Source: Candidatus Bathyarchaeota archaeon (GTDB lineage Archaea; Thermoproteota; Bathyarchaeia; 40CM-2-53-6). Taken from it: a stretch of DNA of 64,000 nucleotides. Shown here in pieces: positions 50,743 to 59,686 of this stretch. The stretch lies in contig CAVSBL010000002.1 in the NCBI GenBank assembly GCA_963726255.1, forward strand, positions 672,001 to 736,000, in the 5' to 3' direction. The translations under genes and the position numbers were made by a program. The notes under the pieces were generated by a model that did no database searches, had not been told where the DNA came from, and saw only the letters and a list, made by a program, of their open reading frames with translations. The number at the start of each line of letters is the position of its first letter. The first letter of the stretch is position 1.

Positions 50743-51267
50743 TTAACCGCGAATTCTCTCTTTCGCCATCTTTCCGAGTTCAGCAGTGTCAAAAACGCCT
50801 TTGAACTTCTCCCTTAGAATACCCTCATACATGGCAACTTCGTCGTCGCTCATGTACTGGAACATGTAGTCTCCGTGATAGGGGGACGGTTCGCCTTCCC
50901 TCGAAATGTATTCAATGTGCATCAGGGGGTCGCCACGTTTGATAGTTATAGATTGGCGTGTGTTGTTCAGGTTCACGAGTTCCAACGCAAGTCGCCCCAC
51001 GAAGCCGCTGTGCACTTTCGCAGCGTTGAGGAAGGACAAGCCCATTCTCCCGTACCTACTCTTCGCACTCAGATGGGAAACGTAGTCCGGAGGAGTAAAT
51101 ACGATTTCGTAAGAAACGACGTTTCTATGTTCAAGATAATGAAGTGTCGTCTCATCACGTACCGTCAGAACGTAGCCATCACCGTCCAGAAGAGCGTAAT
51201 CGAAGGGGTGGATACATTTGTAAGTCGAAATCAGATTAGTGAGTCGATCTCGTCCCGCAACAGTCAA
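50743..51267 (-). CDS. dcd: dCTP deaminase/dUTPase family protein
   Basis: AKSRYGRMGL, VHSGFVGRLALELVN, PYHGDY. Confidence 0.8.
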   Translation of the reverse strand: MTVAGRDRLTNLISTYKCIHPFDYALLDGDGYVLTVRDETTLHYLEHRNVVSYEIVFTPPDYVSHLSAKSRYGRMGLSFLNAAKVHSGFVGRLALELVNLNNTRQSITIKRGDPLMHIEYISREGEPSPYHGDYMFQYMSDDEVAMYEGILREKFKGVFDTAELGKMAKERIRG

Positions 51268-51325
51268 CGGTCAATGCCTCGACCTTAGGTTACGGTTCGC
51301 TATTTCTGAATTGTGTTTACCATAG

Positions 51326-51835
51326 TTAGGTCATTTCGGTAACGGTTACGTTCAGATTGCCCTCGAACAACTTGGAGACCCCAACCGTTTGTTGCTGTCC
51401 CCCCAGAAGAATTGTGATAGACACCCCCTTACCAGTCGCAAGTGTAAATTCTACGCTAGAGTCCAGGTTTGGTGAAGCAGGTGTCAACTCAGTTGTCGTT
51501 TTGTTGAACACCCAAGTGACGTTCGACACTACGAGGCGGACAGAATCATAGCTAGATATTGGCATCTGACTCGTTGCGAGCGGCTTGGTTGAATTAGTTA
51601 GGGAGACCAAGTCGATAACCTGTGACTGGTTGAATACTGACTTCCATCCAGCCGTGCTTGATTGTCCCTTCTCATGAAGCCATACGGCGTGAACTGTAAC
51701 ATATACATGATCGGCGTTGTCGACCTTCAAGGAGCCCAAAGCCACCGAAATGGTCCCCGTGGAGAGTGCGGGATAGACCAGAATAATCAATAGGATAACT
51801 ACTGACACTGCTGCAACAATTTGCTTTGAATTCAT
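51326..51835 (-). CDS. DUF4382-like exported protein
   Basis: N-terminal TM; ADHVYVTV..V.LH, IDLVSL, YDSVRLVV. Confidence 0.6.
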   Translation of the reverse strand: MNSKQIVAAVSVVILLIILVYPALSTGTISVALGSLKVDNADHVYVTVHAVWLHEKGQSSTAGWKSVFNQSQVIDLVSLTNSTKPLATSQMPISSYDSVRLVVSNVTWVFNKTTTELTPASPNLDSSVEFTLATGKGVSITILLGGQQQTVGVSKLFEGNLNVTVTEMT

Positions 51836-51911
51836 CGCACATCGGCCCCCGCCCTATACCGAACATTTCCTTAAAAGCCTCATTACATGGGAAGGAAATC
51901 AGCCAATTGCA

Positions 51912-52679
51912 GTGGCTTCCTTGAATCTTGACGCGATAACCTCCGGAACCAAAAAGACCGAACTTGTCTATCTTCGAGATATGCGAAAGTGCCAGGACGA
52001 GGCTAACATCGTAAAGGTCGTCCCGGAAAAGCGGACTCATGCATACCTCATGCTAGATCGAACGATCTTTCATCCGAAGGGTGGTGGACAGCCCTCCGAC
52101 AAGGGAATCATATGCACATCAGAATTTGAATTAAGTGTGAAGAAAGCTCTGTACTACCGGGGCATCGTCGTTCATTGGGGGAAAATTCTCAGCGGCACGC
52201 CCAACGTCGGAGTTGCTACCTGCGAGATAGACTGGCCGTTCAGGCATTTGGTCATGCGTAAGCACACGGCCGCCCACTTGCTTGACCACTGCCTAGCCAT
52301 CGCGACTTCGAGCAATGTTGAGACTACAGACTCGTGGCTTGATGAACCCTGCTACGTTGGATACGTAGGCAATGCTCCCGACGAACAGACATTGCAACAA
52401 GTGGAGGCACAGGCGAACAAAATGATTACTTCTGGAGGCAGGGTTGCAATCGACTTTCTCACCCCTTCACAAGGTCGAGAGCTTCTTCAGAGCGCACCCA
52501 ATTTCGAGAGACTTCCTGACCTTGACGAGATTAGAACCGTGACGATAGCAGGCTGTGAACCGATTCCATGTGGCGGCACGCACGTAGCCGATATCGCGGA
52601 AATCGGGAAGATTTCGATCACGCGGGCGGAGCCAATGCCCAACCTTGCTTTCCGGCTCCATTTCTCGCTACAGGATTAG
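51912..52679 (+). CDS. alaX: Alanyl-tRNA editing protein AlaX
   Basis: DRTIFHPKGGGQPSD, HTAAH, CGGTH. Confidence 0.92.
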   Translation: MASLNLDAITSGTKKTELVYLRDMRKCQDEANIVKVVPEKRTHAYLMLDRTIFHPKGGGQPSDKGIICTSEFELSVKKALYYRGIVVHWGKILSGTPNVGVATCEIDWPFRHLVMRKHTAAHLLDHCLAIATSSNVETTDSWLDEPCYVGYVGNAPDEQTLQQVEAQANKMITSGGRVAIDFLTPSQGRELLQSAPNFERLPDLDEIRTVTIAGCEPIPCGGTHVADIAEIGKISITRAEPMPNLAFRLHFSLQD

Positions 52680-52927
52680 CGCTTCCGTGCTCTGGCACGC
52701 CGAGGTTTCGGGAACCGTCCGAATCGTTTGAGCACCTTATTGGGCGCGCGTTCGACTACGAGCCTCTTACCTGCAACTCTCACGTACAACTTCAAGGAAC
52801 CAGTCGTGAACGGGAAATTCGAATCCGTTGTCAGCTTTGTCGGTAGGTATATGCGCGGCGACTCGTACGTCCGTCCGTTCTGCATCCTCTTCTTGGTAAC
52901 CACGAAACTTGCTACAGCTTCTTTCAT
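52676..52927 (-). CDS. AbrB/SpoVT-like swapped-hairpin DNA-binding protein
   Basis: 'IYLP..L..DSNFPF...V.V.G.RLVVE'; similar to 59510-59686. Confidence 0.6.
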   Translation of the reverse strand: MKEAVASFVVTKKRMQNGRTYESPRIYLPTKLTTDSNFPFTTGSLKLYVRVAGKRLVVERAPNKVLKRFGRFPKPRRARARKR

Positions 52928-53100
52928 TTGTAATCACTTCGGGTTCAAATTCGGATGCTTTTTCTGACGGAAAGAGCCTATAGTAGTTACAGGCACGAAT
53001 CAGTCAATTTCGCGGGTTCGGGCGACTAGTTCACCAGTGCCCTCGTGACAACGTTTAAAGAGGGATTAACAGTCCAAGTGAAATTTGCCGTGCCAGAGCT

Positions 53101-53529
53101 TTGATACATGTCACCATTTTTGTGACGAGCATGTCGGCTGAGCGTTTTTGGGAGATTGACCGGCCTATGCCTTCCCAAGTGCAAATAGGTGTGAACATAA
53201 ACATGCTCGACATTGAACAACGCCCCGACGGGGCCCTCGACGCTCCATTCCTTTTCACAGTTAATTTCACGCCTTCAATCGCGCAGATTAGCATCAAGGG
53301 AAAGGCGCGAATTTCGGGTGAAAGCGAGGAGACTAAGAAAATCGTTGAAGAACACAAGGCGCAAAAGCCCCCGCCCGTTCAACTCGTCCAAGCGGTCTCG
53401 AACGCGGCTATGGCGGACGCGATCTTGATTTCCAGAAGCCTCAACATCCCGCCACCTTTACCGCCGATTCCTCAACCACAAGCCCCACCTACGCAACCGA
53501 CCAAGAGCGACACGCGTTACACTGCTTAA
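53101..53529 (+). CDS. Conserved archaeal hypothetical protein (possibly SecB-like fold)
   Basis: Beta-strand-rich body, C-terminal helix and Pro-rich tail. Confidence 0.65.
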   Translation: MIHVTIFVTSMSAERFWEIDRPMPSQVQIGVNINMLDIEQRPDGALDAPFLFTVNFTPSIAQISIKGKARISGESEETKKIVEEHKAQKPPPVQLVQAVSNAAMADAILISRSLNIPPPLPPIPQPQAPPTQPTKSDTRYTA

Positions 53530-53532
53530 TCC

Positions 53533-53547
53533 AAAAATTTTTTTTTT
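53533..53547. terminator. Bidirectional A5/T-run terminator between convergent genes
   Basis: aaaaa followed by a T run directly after the 53529 stop. Confidence 0.5.
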
Positions 53548-53574
53548 ACGATACCCTCCAAAAAATTGGAGAGC

Positions 53575-54033
53575 CTAGTTCGCCTGCTTCGCCACCAGGT
53601 AATTGTCCCAGTAGGAGGCTATGTCTCTCAATCGATTTGCGAACTGGATGCTGAGTTTTGTCGGTTCGTTCCTATACTTCTTTTCCAGAAGCCCACTCCT
53701 GAGCATTGCCTTGTAGGTATCGCTGAGGGTTTGGGCGCTGATCTTCATCCGTTCTAGCACTTTGTGGTGTAGATCCCTCAGGTACATTGGCCGTTTCTCT
53801 TCAACCAGAATTTGAATTATCGCCTTAGCAACCCCTTGCTTCTTGACGCTGTGAGGGAAGAGTATTGTACAGAAGCTATCCAGGTCCACAATCTGGTTCA
53901 AGGTCGAATGCTTATCGATCTTGGGGAAGACCCATACCCATCGCTTCTGCCGTTCAGCGTAGTAATCTTCCCTAGCAATTCTTCCAATTCTTGGGCGTTC
54001 AAGGATATCAAACGACTTGGGACGATTAGCCAT
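53575..54033 (-). CDS. Winged-helix-like hypothetical protein
   Basis: 'ISAQTLSDTYKAMLRSGLLEK' wHTH-like pattern. Confidence 0.6.
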   Translation of the reverse strand: MANRPKSFDILERPRIGRIAREDYYAERQKRWVWVFPKIDKHSTLNQIVDLDSFCTILFPHSVKKQGVAKAIIQILVEEKRPMYLRDLHHKVLERMKISAQTLSDTYKAMLRSGLLEKKYRNEPTKLSIQFANRLRDIASYWDNYLVAKQAN

Positions 54034-55436
54034 GAGGAATCAAATGGACACGGGACTCCGGAGAAGAAAGCAGTTCAGAACATAAAGCGCGACAGAAGCG
54101 ACGGGCTCGATCTGTAGAATTTGCTCAAACAACTCAATTCTGATACATATTGGGGGAAGCGGAATTTCCGTACCCTTAACCAATCTCTGATGGCTCTCAG
54201 AATTGGTGACCCCCTGCGGTAAAGAATCAAGACCACCACAACGAGTCGCTCGTCAACCGACGAATTCTTATCCCATGCAGAATAGGCCTGAAACGCACGA
54301 ATTTTCTGCAGCCGATAGTTGGAACTTTGCCAGCGACCGCACCGAGAAGATTCCCGACTTTTGGTAAGGTTCATAGCGGTAACGATATCAGGTCAATCAT
54401 CAGTGTGAGGCCCTCCACCACTTCGTCGACACCCTCTTTTCGTCGCCAAAACGAAGACGGCTTGAACCGACAAGCAACTCGCCGTAGTCGCAATGCTCGG
54501 ATCTCTCCCGTCTTCGCAAAGACGCTCAATGGGTTGGGTCTGCTACTTGAAATGTCGCGGAATATTTCGAGCGCGAGCGCTATGCCGAGACCCCTTCGAA
54601 GCTTGACCTTTGCCTTCGGGTGTTTCTGCCCTCCGATTAGTGGGCCACTGACGGGATTGGCCTTGACGTGATCCATCGTCGAAATTGGAATGATCGCTGG
54701 CGTCCCCCAGTCGTTCTGCAGGCCGGATTACAATTTCGTGTGATTCTCTGCGCGACAATTATCGGCCACTTCAATCAACCAGACTACAACGCGAGGTCTT
54801 TCCGTCTACTCGGCCCCATACTACTCAAGTCCCCCGGAAACCGCAAAATCAACCCCTCTTGACTCAGAAAACCGAGTCACCCCCCTGGGGGGTACCTCCA
54901 AGCGTGCGCGCACCGCCACCAGTGATAGACCCCTCAATCAAGCATTTGGGAGCTCACTGTAATCTTGCTCCAGAAAATCGAATCATGGACAATTGCTCCA
55001 CGAAACTGGAGATTGCTTTGCCCGGCCGGTGAAGACAAAACTGTTGTGACGGAAATTCGGGGTCAGATTCCTACGGACTTTGAGACGGAATCGACCACGC
55101 TAGCAAAAAGTTGTGGAAAAATCCGGGAAATAGGAAAAATCGAAAGAAAGCAGGAAAAGGAACGGAAGGAGAGAAAGGCAAGGAAAGCGGAGCCAGGTTC
55201 AGGGAGAGGAATGCCGAGGAAGAATAGAGTGGAGATGGCTGGAAAGGCAGTTGGCGGTTCCCATGGGTTAGTATGGGTGAGTATTGGACTTTCAGTCTAC
55301 ACTCTGCCCTGAAGGTTCCGCCAATGAATTTAGGGTGAGCATTTGATGAACCATGAAGGGATATTACCTGCTTCCTTATCTTGAGGCAGAAGAAAAGACC
55401 CTAACAAACGATGGCAAAGCTCGAGAATAGAAGTCG

Positions 55437-55820
55437 GTGATGCAGTTCGTGGAGAAAACCAGTCGATGTATAATCTGTGGCCAAGAGTTATCGTACATCT
55501 TCGGTAGGCCTAGAAAGCTCTGCGGCAACAAATCTTGCTACCTAGAGTGGAAGAGACGCCGATATTCGAACCTTCAACTGATCGCCCGTAGCCGGCGTCT
55601 GTCGAGTGCCGACTTCGAGTACGCCGAACCAATATGCATCTGTGGAAGTGACCGCTTCGCATGGACAATGGAAGGCGTGTTCTGCCTCAAGTGCGGCCTC
55701 CAAGAGCCGCTTTTCTCGTTAGAACCGTGGGTTCCCGCTGAATTCGCTCCAAAACCAGTATGTACGTGCACCCAGATTTGCAAACAATCGTCGGCATACA
55801 AGCTATGGGTGCACGTTTAG
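55437..55820 (+). CDS. Cys-rich multi-zinc-finger hypothetical protein
   Basis: CIIC...CGNKSC, CIC...CLKCG and CTCTQIC clusters. Confidence 0.55.
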   Translation: MMQFVEKTSRCIICGQELSYIFGRPRKLCGNKSCYLEWKRRRYSNLQLIARSRRLSSADFEYAEPICICGSDRFAWTMEGVFCLKCGLQEPLFSLEPWVPAEFAPKPVCTCTQICKQSSAYKLWVHV

Positions 55821-55934
55821 GCGGGACTTTTTGCCCACCCAAGTGAGTATTATATGAAGTTCTAGGCGCTGTTTCTGCGGCAGTGAGTGTTCTCAGCGAT
55901 TTCACGTGTTCAAATCGATTTGAATGCTGTTTAC

Positions 55935-56456
55935 CTATTCGTGGACTAGGCGGCCTTCACGGTCTATGCGACCTCGACGGATTCTGGTTGATGATATCGG
56001 GCGTTTGTCCTCTGCCATGATCAAATCGATGGGGTCGATGACTAGCGGTTTGAGGCCGTTGGCTCTACGCTTAGAGTTTATTTCGTAAGCTGTCTTGAGC
56101 GTGCGTCGGCTAACGACCAGCGCCTGAATCCGTGACTCGCGAACCGTTGGCTCGTAGCGGTCTTTAATGGGAACGATTCTTGCTCTGGACAAAACACCCC
56201 AACGAGAAAGCAATCGCTCAACGTCCCTTTTCCTCTTGGCATATGCGTCAAACTTGTGAGGCTTGTGCAGGGTCCTCGCAAAGTCATCACTGGTAATACC
56301 GATCATCACTCTGCGTCCGATGGTGAAGGCTTGTTTCAGGAGCTTTCTGTGCCCCCTGTGGAGAACATCGAATGTCCCGCCCACAGCAACGACACTGTAT
56401 CTCGGGTGGGGTCTTGCTCCGACTCCTCTCTGCTGTCGCTTTGTCCGCCGCACCAT
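55935..56456 (-). CDS. coaD: Archaeal phosphopantetheine adenylyltransferase
   Basis: GGTFDVLHRGH, GITSD, INSKR...GL, ISSTRIR. Confidence 0.92.
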   Translation of the reverse strand: MVRRTKRQQRGVGARPHPRYSVVAVGGTFDVLHRGHRKLLKQAFTIGRRVMIGITSDDFARTLHKPHKFDAYAKRKRDVERLLSRWGVLSRARIVPIKDRYEPTVRESRIQALVVSRRTLKTAYEINSKRRANGLKPLVIDPIDLIMAEDKRPISSTRIRRGRIDREGRLVHE

Positions 56457-56494
56457 CGCAATGCAACGCCTCCGTTGCTGTTCTTGGAATGCAT

Positions 56495-57442
56495 TTAGTG
56501 CTTTGGATTGCTGGGCTCCACGAGGTGGACGCCTCGCGTATCCAGACTTCTCACGAAAATTGTAGCGGAGGGGAATGTTTTTCGGAGTTTCACAAGTGCG
56601 CGGTCGGCCTTATTTCTTGGCACAACTCCGTGGACAGCTTCGCCCAACATGTTCTGGGCTACTCCAACGGCGCCTGCCGAAATTACTGTTTCAATCAAAC
56701 GCGAAACAATGGGCGATTGGAAGCCAACGGTTTCACTGAAGTGCCGTGCTTCATCGAGAAAGGTCTGCAATTCCGGTCTTCTGCGGATATTATCCATCGC
56801 TTTCCGCGCAGCAGGATTCACCTTGCTTGCCAGGTCAGAGCGAGCGAGAGCTTCCCGTGTTGAGATCGGCCCGAGATAGGCGCAGATTAAGAGGTGATCC
56901 TGTGGGAACAGCAACCGATCGACTGATCCGATGCCTGGCGCCCCCGGCTCCGTGACTAGAACAAAACCGCCAGTCAGCAATGCCGACGCAGTTCCCAGCC
57001 CTGTCTTGTTTACAACTTCGGAAATGTGTGTAATGCGTCCTAAATCGTTTAGAGTCATCGGAATACTCGCAGCGTCGACCAACGCTAGACAGGATGCCAA
57101 GGTGCCTGCTGCACTTGTCCCGAAGCCAGCCCCAATGGGAACTCTGATTCTCAAATCCACACGAACGTCCAGAATGGCATTCTGTGTTTTCAGGATTTCA
57201 TCGATGGCCCATCGAGTGGTTCGTGCCTCCGGCGCGGGTTTTGAGTTGATACGGATATTGACCCGAGGCCGCGAGGTCATCCTGGTGACTATCTTTGCCG
57301 TCACGGCGGGGGAAATTGCGAATCCGCCACCCCTCGCACCTATTCGAGCGGGATCGTTGATCGGGTTCCCCGTGGCATCCGTATCACATACTTCAAAAAA
57401 GCTCGAGATGCCAGCCGGGCATGCTGCTTCCGTAACTGGCAA
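56495..57442 (-). CDS. Pantoate kinase (GHMP family)
   Basis: PAGISSFF, GARGGG, PIGAGFGTSAA, HISEV..KTGLG, QNMLGEAV. Confidence 0.85.
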   Translation of the reverse strand: MPVTEAACPAGISSFFEVCDTDATGNPINDPARIGARGGGFAISPAVTAKIVTRMTSRPRVNIRINSKPAPEARTTRWAIDEILKTQNAILDVRVDLRIRVPIGAGFGTSAAGTLASCLALVDAASIPMTLNDLGRITHISEVVNKTGLGTASALLTGGFVLVTEPGAPGIGSVDRLLFPQDHLLICAYLGPISTREALARSDLASKVNPAARKAMDNIRRRPELQTFLDEARHFSETVGFQSPIVSRLIETVISAGAVGVAQNMLGEAVHGVVPRNKADRALVKLRKTFPSATIFVRSLDTRGVHLVEPSNPKH

Positions 57443-57460
57443 GAGCTTCGCCGGATGTAA

Positions 57461-58243
57461 CTAATGGCGCTGTGAACGACGTTGCATTCCCAGAAGGCTT
57501 GGAAACGCCGCTCGGCAGGCCGAGGCTACGGGCGGGGTCAATACGACCATGAATGGAATCTCGGTGAAGTAGTTCGAGGCTGCCGCTAGGTAAATGAAAG
57601 CGCCTGCCAAAGGTTTGGTTCCAAGACCGAGTATTATCGGAAGCCCGAAGATCGCGCTATAAGCCACCAGCCCTAGGCCAATTATTCCTGTGCCCAGCGC
57701 GAGCCCGATTGAGGCTGCAACCTCAAAATCGGCCCACCTGTTTCGAAGCACGAATAGTGCGATAACGGCGAAAACAACAACTAGGCCTGCGAACCCGAGG
57801 TATGAGGTCGAAGAACCCAATGCTGCTGCTCCGAAGAGTACGTACACACTGTAGACCAGCGCCAGAGCATAAGCTGGTTGAATGATCAGGCTCAATGATA
57901 GGAGGAGGCGCCTGACCAACGGTCGGAAATCGTGGTTCGGCAACCAGCCTATGATGAAGAAGCCAACAAAATTGGATGGAACGCCGACGAGCAGACTCAA
58001 CAGTGCATCGTGGTGTCCATAGATAACGTCTGCAAGAAAGATACCGATTGCAGCTCCCACGCCACCTACCCACGGACCAAAGAGCACGCTGAAAGTAGCC
58101 GGTACAAAGACCTGCGGCCAGAACCTTACTCCGAAAATTAGCAGTGGAAAGGCTGTCCAGAGAGCACCGATCCCTGCGTAGACAGCTGCGTTCATGGCAG
58201 TCATGACCAGCCGAAGTGACATCGGGTAGCTTCTGCTGCGCAT
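57461..58243 (-). CDS. ECF transporter S-component-like membrane protein
   Basis: 'AMNAAVYA', 'LFGPWVGGVGAAIG' and multiple TMs. Confidence 0.7.
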   Translation of the reverse strand: MRSRSYPMSLRLVMTAMNAAVYAGIGALWTAFPLLIFGVRFWPQVFVPATFSVLFGPWVGGVGAAIGIFLADVIYGHHDALLSLLVGVPSNFVGFFIIGWLPNHDFRPLVRRLLLSLSLIIQPAYALALVYSVYVLFGAAALGSSTSYLGFAGLVVVFAVIALFVLRNRWADFEVAASIGLALGTGIIGLGLVAYSAIFGLPIILGLGTKPLAGAFIYLAAASNYFTEIPFMVVLTPPVASACRAAFPSLLGMQRRSQRH

Positions 58244-58373
58244 TGTGAACCTATTTCCAACTCAGCACTGTCTGCTTATTCTAGCTTATCTTCGGAGTGC
58301 ATTGGATAGTATGACTGTTCGCCTAGCCCAACGAAATCTTAAGATAAGCCTGCTCGGCTCGCTTGTGCCCGGT

Positions 58374-58531
58374 AGCCCGGTGGTGTAGTGGTCAATCCAC
58401 AGGCGTGGGACTACGCATAGCATTGGCGCCAGATAACAGCCAATAGACGGCTCTGGATCCCTCCACCAAAAGGAGAAACCTGCCGACGGGAGATAAGCAA
58501 CACCCGAATTCGAATCTCCCCCGGGCTACCA
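58374..58531 (+). tRNA. tRNA-Gln(CTG) with four introns (58396-58414, 58423-58448, 58457-58477, 58493-58508)
   Basis: The spliced product AGCCCGG TG GTGT AGTGGTCAA GCAT A GCAGG CTCTGGA CCTGC CGAC GGGAG TTCGAAT CTCCC CCGGGCT A CCA is a 76-nt cloverleaf; junctions are BHB-like. Confidence 0.88.
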
Positions 58532-58656
58532 TTATGCACCGTGCTGTTGTCTAAACATTGGAGCATGCTGCTGTCGACTAACTACAATGTTGGGGGACGT
58601 TCTAATGTCGCGTCAGGTTTGTCGGGGAAGGGTAACGACCCTCCGGTAACCCGCAC

Positions 58657-59025
58657 TTATGGGGCCGAGGCTTCCGATTCCAAGTGGAAGTGATGCATGA
58701 ACCTGTGGATAATCGGCGCGAGTAGTACCCCCGCCACCACCAAGAATATGATGCCGGAGTACATTGCGTAGAAGGAGGCAAACAATTTCCCAGCCCTCGT
58801 GTGCAATTCATTCACAGGTCCCATGCCGCCAAGTATCATCGCTGCATTAAGGAGAGAGTCGAGCCATGAGAAACCTTCGAAAGTGTGGTATCCCACCACG
58901 CCAATTACCAGGGAGCTTCCGTCGATTAGGATAGCGATTGATGCGTATAGAGCCACGCGTTTCAAGAAAGCCGAGCGTGAAATCATGGCGTCTTTGTAGC
59001 GTTCGAACAAGGCCGTTCCACCCAC
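58657..59025 (-). CDS. Small 2-TM protein resembling an ion-channel pore module
   Basis: GYHTFEGFSWLDSLLNAAMILGGMGP...T.AGKLFAS, K-channel-like topology without GYG. Confidence 0.7.
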   Translation of the reverse strand: MGGTALFERYKDAMISRSAFLKRVALYASIAILIDGSSLVIGVVGYHTFEGFSWLDSLLNAAMILGGMGPVNELHTRAGKLFASFYAMYSGIIFLVVAGVLLAPIIHRFMHHFHLESEASAP

Positions 59026-59095
59026 CTCATGTGTCCCTATTTCTTAAGCAGGAGCCTTTATCATTCTGCGACGGCTCCAGTTTGACAGAACGTTA

Positions 59096-59353
59096 TTGCT
59101 GTTAATAGTAGGCCTCTTCTCCAAAGGCGACTTTTTCCCAGTCCAAGCCCTCGACCAAGTCGACTCTGTTTTAGCGACGGCCGGTTTCAAGAAGGAAGTC
59201 CGTTCCGTAGTGAAACCGGGAAAGGAGTTCTCGGTTACGTATGAAGGCCCGACTTTGGACAGAAGTCGGATCGAAGAAATGTTGAAGCCAGTGGCGGAGC
59301 AAAACCAGATTGGATTCTCTGTTGCGGTTGAGGAGTCAGTAAGATTCCCATAA
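59096..59353 (+). CDS. Hypothetical protein (ferredoxin-like/ACT-like pattern)
   Basis: 85-aa ORF with alternating beta/alpha pattern. Confidence 0.55.
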   Translation: MLLIVGLFSKGDFFPVQALDQVDSVLATAGFKKEVRSVVKPGKEFSVTYEGPTLDRSRIEEMLKPVAEQNQIGFSVAVEESVRFP

Positions 59354-59509
59354 GCGAGCTAATCAGCTAGGACCCTCGTATCGTCGAGCATAGAGATGGC
59401 GGCGTGCTTTAGTTTTACTTAGCTCACCACCCCTGATTCTCCTCGGCCTCGTTAAATCCTCGAACAAAGGCAGTTGGAATGCATTGTTGATTGCATGGTG
59501 AATTATCAG

Positions 59510-59686
59510 ATGCTGGAAGGCTATGCGAAAATCATCCTACCAACGCGCAGCGACCGGAGCAAAACGGGAATTCTGTACATTCCTGCGGATATCGTCAAAG
59601 ACTCGTCGTTCCCATTCAACCCCGATCAAGAGGTCGTTGTGCGGATCGACGGCAGGCGCCTAGTTGTGGAGGTAGCGAAAGCATGA
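59510..59686 (+). CDS. AbrB/SpoVT-like small DNA-binding protein
   Basis: LYIPADIVKDSSFPF...EVVVRIDGRRLVVE; stop overlaps the actin ATG (ATGA). Confidence 0.75.
   Translation: MLEGYAKIILPTRSDRSKTGILYIPADIVKDSSFPFNPDQEVVVRIDGRRLVVEVAKA

Noticed and set aside
54075-55312. ORF-track ORFs in the gene-poor region
   Set aside because: They overlap each other on both strands, have biased composition and show no recognisable motifs.
54960-55345. Canonical ORB boxes
   Set aside because: The TCCA...GAAA spacing and G-string do not match the ORB consensus, and there is no cdc6/orc1 nearby.
58423-58448. Nested intron inside tRNA intron 2
   Set aside because: Alternative BHB registers using the TTGGC/GCCAA stem did not yield a better splice path to the cloverleaf.
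59491-59682. N-terminal extension of the actin
   Set aside because: It overlaps the AbrB-like gene in another frame; the ATGA-coupled start at 59683 fits the actin motif position.
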